From Bryobacteraceae bacterium (GTDB lineage: Bacteria > Acidobacteriota > Terriglobia > Bryobacterales > Bryobacteraceae), in the NCBI GenBank assembly GCA_035638575.1, contig DASQZT010000132.1, forward strand, positions 1 to 32,000: a stretch of 32,000 nt of DNA, read 5' to 3'. This document shows positions 16,626 to 23,938 of the stretch, in pieces. Each line of letters begins with the position of its first letter. The first letter of the stretch is position 1. The position numbers and the translations under genes were made by a program. A model generated the notes under the pieces. The model had not been told where the DNA came from and made no database searches. It saw nothing but the letters and a program-made list of their open reading frames with translations.

Positions 16626-17186
16626 ATGAGCAAAGCGTGCGGCGAGTCCGGTGGTGTGTTGACCATCGGCCATTCCAACCGCCCGCTCGCGGATCTGCTC
16701 GAGATGCTCACCGCCCACGGCGTCGAGCTTTTGATCGACGTCCGCACCGTGCCGCGCTCCCGTCACAACCCGCAATTCAACCGCGAATCCCTGCCCGCGT
16801 CTCTGGCCGCCGCGGGCATCCAATACCTGCACATGCCCGGCCTCGGCGGCCTGCGCCACGCGCGCAAAGACTCCATCAACGCCGGCTGGCGCAATCCCGG
16901 TTTCCGCGGATTCGCCGATTACATGCAGACCCCCGAATTCGCCGAAAACCTGGCAGGCCTGGAGCGCCTCGGCCAGGCCCATGTGGCCGCCATCATGTGC
17001 GCCGAGTCACTCCCCTGGCGCTGCCACCGCTCCCTGATCGCCGACGCCCTCACCGTCCGTGGGATCCCCGTCCGGCACATCATGGCCGCGGGCAAAGCCG
17101 ATCTCCACCATCTCACCGCCTTCGCCCGCGTCGAAGGCGCTCGAATCACCTATCCCCCCGCGGACCTGGAAATGTTCCGGGAGTGA
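16626..17186 (+). CDS. DUF488-family protein
   Basis: LTIGHSNRPLADLLEMLTAHGVELLIDVRTVPRSRHNPQFNRESL...GIQYLHMPGLGG...MCAESLPWRCHRSLIAD matches the DUF488 pattern. ATG 16626 was chosen over the upstream low-GC extension. Confidence 0.85.
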   Translation: MSKACGESGGVLTIGHSNRPLADLLEMLTAHGVELLIDVRTVPRSRHNPQFNRESLPASLAAAGIQYLHMPGLGGLRHARKDSINAGWRNPGFRGFADYMQTPEFAENLAGLERLGQAHVAAIMCAESLPWRCHRSLIADALTVRGIPVRHIMAAGKADLHHLTAFARVEGARITYPPADLEMFRE

Positions 17187-17220
17187 CCGGGCGGTTGAAA
17201 TCCGATTCCGCGGCGAATGC

Positions 17221-17754
17221 CTACTTCTTCTGCGCTCGCAGCCACTTCTCCAGCGTCGCAGTCTCCTCGGGTGTCATGCGTGGAACAGCCTTGCCGAGCA
17301 TCGTCAGGAACCAGTCGATCTCGAATGGCTCGACCGGGTGGCCGATGTTCCCGCCGGGCTTGCCGCCCTCCCCCGGCCGGATCGAGTTCACGATCAGCGT
17401 GCCCTGGGCATCCAGAAACGCGAAAAACGGCAGCCCGGACGGGCCGCCGAGGCGGGCCATCAGTTGATCGCCGCCGGGTGTGTTCAGCGCCTTCTTCTCG
17501 CTGGTTTCCTGCACGGCGAAATGAACCGTGACAAAGTACTTCTCGAAGATCTCTTGGATGCCGGGGGACTCGATGAACCTATCGAGTTGCTTGCACCATC
17601 CTCACCATGAGGCGTGAAAAATGGCGAAGACGGCGCGCTGGCCCTCGGCCGCCTGTGCCTTGGCCTGGTCGAGTAGAGCGGACGAGGAGGGCTGCGTCTG
17701 CGCGCCGGCCAGGACGGCGCCCAGCAGCACGCCGGCCAGAATCCTGCGAGTCAT
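17221..17754 (-). CDS. Secreted thioredoxin-fold protein with an in-frame TGA at the first redox position (candidate selenoprotein, motif W-U-G-W-C)
   Basis: ORFs 17602-17838 and 17221-17514 are in the same frame and separated only by TGA (17602-17604), with 29 further open codons between them. The joined product reads signal peptide MTRRILAGVLLGAVLAGAQTQ...AVFAIFHASW-[TGA]-GWCKQLDRFIESPG...PFFAFLDAQG. That is the F-x-A-x-W-C-G-W-C-K thioredoxin-like signature with TGA in place of the first Cys. Confidence 0.7.
17556..17601 (-). promoter_or_regulatory. SECIS-like stem-loop immediately 3' of the in-frame UGA
   Basis: mRNA reads UGA-GGAUG-GUGCAAGCA-ACUCGAU-AGGUUC-AUCGAGU-CCCCCGG-CAUCC. The upper stem is 7 perfect bp (17568-17587) and the apical loop AGGUUC contains GGU. 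The lower stem GGAUG/CAUCC starts at the nucleotide after UGA. The loop begins 21 nt after UGA. Confidence 0.5.
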
Positions 17755-18294
17755 CGATGAATACGACGTCACAGCCACATCATAACCCCATTTCCCGCTC
17801 CGGCCCGACCGTGTTCTGCCAACAGGGTTTGTTTTCAATCAATTGCGCTTGAGGCCGAGAAAAAATCCCAATCGGCCGGTAAACGGTCCCGCGGCGGGAA
17901 AGCGCTTTTTCATCCGTCCCGGTGACGGCCCCGGGGCCGTAAAGTTGCGTCACCCAGGGGTGGCTTATCTTGAAAAACGCGCTCCACACCGGGCACGGTT
18001 CTTCCGCCCAGAATCCGAGCACCGGAACTGGCCCCCCGCTTAGCGCAATTTCACCCAACCATGTCCGGGATTTTCACCCATCCTGACAACCGCCGAGTTC
18101 CGCACCCAACTGCTGGATTTTCCAACATACAGAAAACAAAAGGTTTCGTTGTCCGATTTCCGTACACCCGGGTTTGGACTGGTGTGTGCTTTGGTGTTGT
18201 AGCCCGGTAGCTTTACAGCATTTCGCCCTGGGAGGGGTGTTTTGCCAGTCTCGGGAGCTCTCGCGGTCAAGCTTTCTTGGAGTGGAGAATCGGT

Positions 18295-20493
18295 ATGCGG
18301 ATTCCTTCGATAGTTTTCGCGGCAGGCCGTTACGCCCTGACGTTCGTGATAATCGCCGGCTCGGTGCTTCTGATGAGCGCACCGAAGAAAAACAGCTTTT
18401 CCAGGTTCGACAAGGCATATTACGCCGATCCCGCCACGGTGAATTTCGTGCTGCCGGGATTTGCCATCTCGATCGTCTCGGCCAAGATCGGGACGGACGG
18501 CACCATCAGTGTGGATTACAAGATCTCCGATCCCACGGGCCAGCCCCTGGATATTGCGGGAATCGTCACTCCCGGCGCGGTCTCGGTGAGTTTCCTCGCG
18601 GCGTATATCCCCGCGGGGCAGCAGCAGTACGTGTCGTACGCCAGCCGCATCTCGACCAGCATCAACGGGAAAGTCACCGCCACCCAGGCTGCCGCGGACT
18701 CCGGCGGCACAACGCAAGCCTCCAGCCTCGGCGAGTACGTCTACACCTTCAAGCAGAAGGCCGTGACCGCGGCGGGCGCGCCGTTTGATCCGAACGCCAC
18801 CCACCGCATCGGGATTTACGGCAGCCGGAACCTCACCGAATTCGACCTCGGCACGGACTACGCTTCCGCCACCTTCGACTTCGTGCCCGCCGGCGGAAAG
18901 CCCTCTCCCCGCGACGTCATCCGCACCGCCTCCTGCAACAAATGCCACGACCAACTGGCCTTCCACGGCGGTTCGCGCCGCGGCCTGGACCTGTGCATCA
19001 TGTGCCACCAGCCGCAGACCTCCGACCCGAATACCGGCAACACGCTGGACATGAAGGTGTTCGCCCACAAAATCCACATGGGCAGCAGCCTCCCCAGCGT
19101 GCAAGCCGGCACCCCTTACCAGGTTGTCGGGTTCCAAAACGCCGTTGCCGACTGGTCCACCGTGGTCCTGCCTTCCGACGCCCGGCGATGCGCCTTCTGC
19201 CACGAGTCCACTACCGGCGCAGCGCAAGCCAACGCCTGGCTTCAGAACCCCAACCGCGCCGCTTGCGGCGCCTGCCACGACGATGTCAACTTCGCCAGCG
19301 GCCAGAATCACGTCAATCTCCCCCAGGTGGACGATAGCCAGTGCAGCCAGTGCCACATCCCCAAGGGCGAACTGGAATTCGACGCCTCCATCATGGGCGC
19401 GCACACCATCCCCACGCAGTCCGCCACCGCGCCGGGCATTAATCTCACCATCGCCAACGTGGCCAACGGCGTCGCCGGCAAGGCGCCGACGGTGACCTTC
19501 ACTATCCGCGACAATTCCGGCGCCGGCATTCCCATGAGCGCCATGACCGGCGGTAACAACCGGCTGTACCTGGTGATGGCCGGCCCCACTTCGGACTACG
19601 GCTACACCAGCTTCGGTTCCGATGTCACCACTCCGGGCTACGTTTCCGAAAACGTGGTTCCCACGGCCAGTTGCAGCAACGATGGAACCTGCTCCTACAC
19701 TTTCACGCACTCCATACCGGCCAAGGCCACCGGCACCTATTCCATCGGCATCGAGGGCCGCCGCGGCATCACCCTGCTGCCCGGCACCACCCAGCAGATG
19801 ACCACCGATTACGGCGCCATCAATAAAGTCGTGAATTTCTCCGTGGACGGATCGCCGGTAGTGCCGCGCCGCACCGTGGTGAGCATCGCCAACTGCAACG
19901 GCTGCCACTCGTTCCTCTCGCTGCACGGCGAAAACCGCAACCAGATCGAGATGTGCGTGCTGTGCCACAACCCCAGCGAGAACGACCTCTCGCAGCGGCC
20001 CAGCGCCGTGGTAACCGCGTATAGGACCCTGCCGCCGCAGAGCGTCAACTTCGCCATGCTGATCCACAAGATCCACACCGGCGACGTGATGAGGACCCAG
20101 TACGGAACCGACTACATCGTCGTGGGATTCGGCGGAAGCACCAACGACTTTGGCGCTGCGTTCGCTACCGTCCCGGCTGCCATTCCCAACACCGGCGTCC
20201 GCTTTCCGGCCATGACCCCGATCGGCGGCATTGCCGACACCGCCAAGTGCTACATGTGCCACGTCAACAGTTCGGAAACGGTGTTCCCCATCGGCAAGAA
20301 CAACGTGGCCGATACGCAGGGCCCCTTGAATCCGGCGCCGGCCACTACTTCGGCCTGCACGGCTTGCCACCAGAACCTATCGGCGCTGGCCCACGCCGTA
20401 GCTCAAACCGATCCCAGGTTCGGCGAGAGCTGCGATGTGTGCCACGCCGCCGGCGCGGCTTTCGACGTCGACCAGGTGCACGCCGGAAAGTGA
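18295..20493 (+). CDS. mtrC: OmcA/MtrC-family decaheme c-type cytochrome
   Basis: Ten CXXCH sites in a 5+5 arrangement (CNKCH CIMCH CAFCH CGACH CSQCH / CNGCH CVLCH CYMCH CTACH CDVCH). Each pentaheme block follows a long heme-free segment. Both blocks open with C-x2-CH-x5-HG-x8-C-x2-CH. GGAGAA lies 5 nt before ATG 18295. There is an N-terminal hydrophobic anchor but no lipobox Cys. Confidence 0.9.
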   Translation: MRIPSIVFAAGRYALTFVIIAGSVLLMSAPKKNSFSRFDKAYYADPATVNFVLPGFAISIVSAKIGTDGTISVDYKISDPTGQPLDIAGIVTPGAVSVSFLAAYIPAGQQQYVSYASRISTSINGKVTATQAAADSGGTTQASSLGEYVYTFKQKAVTAAGAPFDPNATHRIGIYGSRNLTEFDLGTDYASATFDFVPAGGKPSPRDVIRTASCNKCHDQLAFHGGSRRGLDLCIMCHQPQTSDPNTGNTLDMKVFAHKIHMGSSLPSVQAGTPYQVVGFQNAVADWSTVVLPSDARRCAFCHESTTGAAQANAWLQNPNRAACGACHDDVNFASGQNHVNLPQVDDSQCSQCHIPKGELEFDASIMGAHTIPTQSATAPGINLTIANVANGVAGKAPTVTFTIRDNSGAGIPMSAMTGGNNRLYLVMAGPTSDYGYTSFGSDVTTPGYVSENVVPTASCSNDGTCSYTFTHSIPAKATGTYSIGIEGRRGITLLPGTTQQMTTDYGAINKVVNFSVDGSPVVPRRTVVSIANCNGCHSFLSLHGENRNQIEMCVLCHNPSENDLSQRPSAVVTAYRTLPPQSVNFAMLIHKIHTGDVMRTQYGTDYIVVGFGGSTNDFGAAFATVPAAIPNTGVRFPAMTPIGGIADTAKCYMCHVNSSETVFPIGKNNVADTQGPLNPAPATTSACTACHQNLSALAHAVAQTDPRFGESCDVCHAAGAAFDVDQVHAGK
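20383..20446 (+). repeat. Left arm of a 64-bp inverted repeat (inside the mtrC 3' end, encoding ALAHAVAQTDPRFGESCDVCH)
   Basis: The reverse complement of 20743-20806 matches this segment at 60 of 64 positions by hand alignment. Confidence 0.85.
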
Positions 20494-20546
20494 CCCTCGG
20501 GCGGTAAGTGTAGTTCGGTGTTTCGGTAGTTCGGCAGTACCGTACG

Positions 20547-20592
20547 GCCACCGGGCGGGTCCATCCGCGCCCGGTGGCTCGATGCTTTTTTT
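20547..20592 (+). terminator. Candidate intrinsic terminator after mtrC
   Basis: 11-bp stem GCCACCGGGCG / CGCCCGGTGGC (20547-20557 and 20568-20578). A T7 run at 20586-20592 is separated from the stem by 7 nt, which is not ideal geometry. Confidence 0.45.
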
Positions 20593-20609
20593 GCTAGCTG
20601 GAGGATTCA

Positions 20610-20816
20610 ATGCGGATTGCTTCTCCGGGTTTCGGGGTCGGCCGTTATCTCGCGGCGGTCGCCGGGCCGCTGGCTTTGTTGAGCGCGGCTAAGAAGACCG
20701 GATTCACGAAGTACGACAAGGCCTATTATGCCGATGCCGCCACGTGGCACACATCGCAGCTCTCGCCGAACTTGGGATCGGTTTGTTCCACGGCGTGGGC
20801 CAGCGCAGGGCAGTAG
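20610..20816 (+). pseudogene. Chimeric mtrC-paralogue relic: a 45-codon 5' fragment fused to an inverted 3' fragment
   Basis: GGAGG plus ATG, then MRIASPGFGVGRYLAAVAGPLALLSAAKKTGFTKYDKAYYADAAT. This parallels the mtrC N-terminus MRIPSIVFAAGRYALTFVIIAGSVLLMSAPKKNSFSRFDKAYYADPAT. From 20743 the sequence is the reverse complement of the mtrC 3' end. Confidence 0.6.
20743..20806 (-). repeat. Right arm of the 64-bp inverted repeat (on the minus strand still encodes ALAHAVEQTDPKFGESCDVCH-VAASA-stop)
   Basis: 60 of 64 nt identical to 20383-20446 in inverted orientation. The four differences give A-to-E and R-to-K or are silent. There are stop codons just upstream of the fragment on the minus strand. 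Confidence 0.85.
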
Positions 20817-20831
20817 ATTACAATTTAAGAA

Positions 20832-21866
20832 ATGACGACCTTCTTCCCGCTGTTCGGCCTGGGAACGGACAGGGCAAATTGTGCGGCGCGTCGCGCCCGC
20901 GGGGTGCTGAGCCCCCTGGGCCCGGCGGCGCGGCTGGCCGTTTTTGGGGCCGTATTTTTTATCGCAAGTGCGTGGGGCGCCCAGGAACAACAGGCGGCTC
21001 CCGCTCCTCCTGCCAAGGACTCCAAACCGGCGGAATTCGTCGGTTCCGAAACCTGCCAGGCGTGTCACGAGGACATCTTCAATGCCTTTCAGAAGAACCC
21101 TCACCACCTGGTGGAAACCGACAAGAAACGCGGCTGGGAAACCAAAGCCTGCGAATCCTGCCACGGCCCCGGAAGCAAGCACGCCGAGAGCATGAACGCG
21201 GCCGACATCCAGAATCCCGCCAAGCTCAGGCCCGCGGAGACAGACAAGGTGTGCCTGACGTGCCATCTGAATCAACCCACGCACGTGGGGCGTATTAACA
21301 GCAGTCATGCCAAGAACCAGGTGAGCTGCGTTGCCTGCCATTCGATCCACAAGAACGGGCCCAACGGCCTGGTGGAGCGCAAGGCCGCCGGCGTCAACCA
21401 GCTGTGCGCCAAATGCCACGCCGACGTGTGGGCCAGTTTCCAGAGGCCGTACCGGCACCGGCTGCCCGAGGGCGCCATGGCCTGCGTGGATTGCCACAAC
21501 CCCCACGGAAGCCTTCTGCCGCGTTCCATTCAGACCGCCAACGCCAACGAACCCGGCTGCTTCAAGTGCCACGGCGACAAGCGCGGGCCATTCGTGTTCG
21601 AGCACGCTCCGATGCGCCTCGAAGGCTGCGCCGCCTGCCATGAACCCCACGGCTCCGCCAACCCGCGCATGCTGACCCGGCACGAAGTGCGCTTCCTGTG
21701 CCTGGAGTGCCATTCCAACGTGCCCGGCCCGAAGCTTCCCGCCAACGGCACGCTGGCCACCGCGCCGCCGGGCTTTCACGACCTGCGCGAGCCGCGCTTC
21801 CAGAACTGCAACCTCTGCCACCAGAAGGTGCACGGCTCTTACGTCGACCGGGGGTTAACCAGATGA
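20832..21866 (+). CDS. mtrA: MtrA/DmsE-family periplasmic decaheme c-type cytochrome
   Basis: Ten CXXCH sites (CQACH CESCH CLTCH CVACH CAKCH CVDCH CFKCH CAACH CLECH CNLCH) in ~300 mature residues. The family-typical segment is GDKRGPFVFEHAPMRLEGCAACHEPHGS. Signal-like ARLAVFGAVFFIASAWG. The exact start is uncertain, with ATG 20832 or a downstream GTG possible. Confidence 0.9.
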   Translation: MTTFFPLFGLGTDRANCAARRARGVLSPLGPAARLAVFGAVFFIASAWGAQEQQAAPAPPAKDSKPAEFVGSETCQACHEDIFNAFQKNPHHLVETDKKRGWETKACESCHGPGSKHAESMNAADIQNPAKLRPAETDKVCLTCHLNQPTHVGRINSSHAKNQVSCVACHSIHKNGPNGLVERKAAGVNQLCAKCHADVWASFQRPYRHRLPEGAMACVDCHNPHGSLLPRSIQTANANEPGCFKCHGDKRGPFVFEHAPMRLEGCAACHEPHGSANPRMLTRHEVRFLCLECHSNVPGPKLPANGTLATAPPGFHDLREPRFQNCNLCHQKVHGSYVDRGLTR

Positions 21867-23929
21867 GATTGCGATTGGCTCTGATTCTGATCGGCGCCGC
21901 CGTCGCCGGCGTTGCCTTCGGCCAGGACGCGCCCGAGCAAGCTCCCGCCCCGCCAGCCCAGGCTGCCAAGCCGGCGCAGGCCGCCACACCGCAGGCCCCC
22001 GCACAGCCGGACCAGGCCCCCGCCAAGACCGAAGCCAAGCCCGCCGAAAACCCCGCGCCCCCCGCCGCCGAGCAGTGGATCTCCGGGAGCCTCGATTTCG
22101 GCTACCGCTGGCTGACCGATATCCACGGCAGCTCCGACGAATACCGCAGCGTCGTGAACCTGGGTGAAGGTCCCAAGCTGTTCGGTGTGGACCTCACCAT
22201 CCAGGATCCCAACAAGCGCCTGTTCGACCGCATCGACGCGCAGGCCTACGGGTGGGGCGGCGACCCCAACAACACCGCCCGCGTCAACGCGCGCAAGCAG
22301 GGTGTTTACGATTTCACTTTCGACTACCGCAACATCGCCTACTTCAACGCCGTCCCCTCGTACTCCAACCCGCTGGCGCCCGCCGGGTTCGACCAGCAGT
22401 CGTTCGACATCCACCGCCGCATGGCCGGCTTCCATCTGGACGTGTCGCCGGGCAAGCGCTTCAGCACGTACGTCGATTACGAACGGAACTCCGGCTCTGG
22501 CCACGGCATCGACACCTGGGTGCAGGATGCCAACAACTCGTTCGCCGTTCCCACCACCTTCCGGGATGGCACCGGCAACGCGCGCTGGGGCGAACACATC
22601 GAGTACAACCGCTTCCACTTCACGCTGGAGTTTGGCGACACCTCTTTCACGGACGACCAACAGGCCAACTGGAGCGGGATCAACCTGGGCAGCCGGACCA
22701 CGCCCCTTCCGTTCGGGGCGGCCAGTTCCTTGACCGGCCTGTCGCAGGCTTACGGCGTGCGGGGATCGGGCACTTACGAGAAGGGCCTGTTCACCGCTCG
22801 GCCGGCCTCCTGGATCGATGTCTACAGCCAGTTCCTCTTCAGCCAGCCGAAGACCACGGTGAACTATCAGGACCTGGCTTACGGCAACTTCGAGAATGCC
22901 GCCGCGCTGCTGCTCTATGTCGGGCAGTCGAACCTGGGCACCGGCGCGGCCATTCAGCCGCACGTCTCCGGTAATGCCGGCTTCGAGCTGCGCCCCATGC
23001 GCAGGCTGCGTGTCATCGAATCGTGGATGACCGACCGCTTCCACGACGCCTCCTCTTCCCTGGTCACCCAGCAGCTCCTGCTGGGCGGCGCCGGCCCCAA
23101 CCAGAACCTCCAGGCCGCCCTCAATTACGGCCAGTACGTCAACTACAACCAGCAGCAGACCGACGTGCTGTTCGACCTCACTTCGAAGATCACCCTGCGC
23201 GGCGGCTTCCGCTACATCTGGGGCGATGCCTCGGTCCTGGCCGGCGAGCTCAGCCAGTTGGGCACCCTCGTCTCCGGCCAACTGAGCCGCACCGTGGGGC
23301 TCGCGGGGCTGACGTTCCGCCCGTCGCAGAAGCTCTCGGTCAACCTGGATTACGAAGGCGCCTCGAGCGACCGGATCTACTTCCGCACCAGCCTGAACGA
23401 GTACAGCCGGGCACGGGCGCGGGCCCGCTACCAGGCCACCACCTCGCTGATGTTCCAGGCCAACTTCCAGGTGCTCAACAACCAGAACCCCGCTCCGGAC
23501 ATCAAGCTCGACTTTGAGAGCCGCAGCAACTCCCTGGCCGTCTACTGGACTCCGGCGAGCGCCAAACGCATCAGCATGATGGGCGAATACGACCGCTCCA
23601 CCCTCCGCAGCGACATTCAATACCTGGGGCTGTTCCTGGCGCCCGGCACCTCGTCGTACCGCGACAACGCGCATACGGCGAGTTCCGCCATCGACGTGGC
23701 CCTCCCCGGCTTGAATGGGGCGAAGCTCACGCTGGGCGGATCGCTGTTTCTCTCCGCCGGAAGCCGCCCGACCCACGACTATCAGCCGCTGGTCAAACTA
23801 TCGCTTCCTCTCCAGAAGCACGTATACTGGAACACCGAGTGGCAGTATTACGGCTTCGGGGAGTCGTTCTACTTATACGAGGGTTTCCGGACGCACATAT
23901 TCCAGACCGGACTCAGGGTGACCAGATAG
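21863..23929 (+). CDS. mtrB: MtrB/PioB-like outer-membrane beta-barrel protein (688 aa)
   Basis: The ATG overlaps the mtrA stop (ATGA). Signal peptide MRLRLALILIGAAVAGVAFG-QD, then a Pro/Ala/Gln-rich linker. About 600 aa follow with alternating amphipathic Y/F/W-G-rich segments (GSLDFGYRWLTD, YDFTFDYRNIAYFN, FHLDVSP, FTLEFGDTSF...). Size and position match MtrB. The family assignment rests on context and composition. Confidence 0.72.
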   Translation: MRLRLALILIGAAVAGVAFGQDAPEQAPAPPAQAAKPAQAATPQAPAQPDQAPAKTEAKPAENPAPPAAEQWISGSLDFGYRWLTDIHGSSDEYRSVVNLGEGPKLFGVDLTIQDPNKRLFDRIDAQAYGWGGDPNNTARVNARKQGVYDFTFDYRNIAYFNAVPSYSNPLAPAGFDQQSFDIHRRMAGFHLDVSPGKRFSTYVDYERNSGSGHGIDTWVQDANNSFAVPTTFRDGTGNARWGEHIEYNRFHFTLEFGDTSFTDDQQANWSGINLGSRTTPLPFGAASSLTGLSQAYGVRGSGTYEKGLFTARPASWIDVYSQFLFSQPKTTVNYQDLAYGNFENAAALLLYVGQSNLGTGAAIQPHVSGNAGFELRPMRRLRVIESWMTDRFHDASSSLVTQQLLLGGAGPNQNLQAALNYGQYVNYNQQQTDVLFDLTSKITLRGGFRYIWGDASVLAGELSQLGTLVSGQLSRTVGLAGLTFRPSQKLSVNLDYEGASSDRIYFRTSLNEYSRARARARYQATTSLMFQANFQVLNNQNPAPDIKLDFESRSNSLAVYWTPASAKRISMMGEYDRSTLRSDIQYLGLFLAPGTSSYRDNAHTASSAIDVALPGLNGAKLTLGGSLFLSAGSRPTHDYQPLVKLSLPLQKHVYWNTEWQYYGFGESFYLYEGFRTHIFQTGLRVTR

Positions 23930-23938
23930 GAGACAGCC

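Noticed and set aside
17602-17604. Interpreting the in-frame TGA as a plain nonsense mutation (pseudogene)
   Set aside because: This is not excluded, but is judged less likely. The TGA sits exactly on the first redox Cys position, the downstream frame stays open with good coding character, and a SECIS-like hairpin starts right after it. The selABCD status of the genome is needed to settle it.
17839-18294. Looked for tRNA-Sec or another tRNA/sRNA in the intergenic region next to the candidate selenoprotein gene
   Set aside because: No GGTTCGA-type T-arm, acceptor-stem complementarity or UCA anticodon loop context was recognisable.
18040-20370. 776-aa minus-strand ORF opposite the MtrC-like gene
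   Set aside because: The G/A/V/R/D-rich antisense translation has no motifs. The plus strand carries ten CXXCH sites in a coherent domain layout.
20447-20742. Idea that the 296-bp segment between the 64-bp inverted repeats is a programmed invertible (phase-variation) switch
   Set aside because: There is no recombinase gene nearby. Inversion would only shorten the MtrC C-terminus (CDVCH-VAASA-stop) and would point the relic start codon into antisense mtrC. This looks like a scar rather than a switch.
21839-23776. 645-aa minus-strand ORF opposite the MtrB-like gene, and the 408-aa ORF 20607-21833 opposite mtrA
   Set aside because: These are antisense artefacts of high GC. The plus-strand genes have signal peptides, translational coupling and family motifs.
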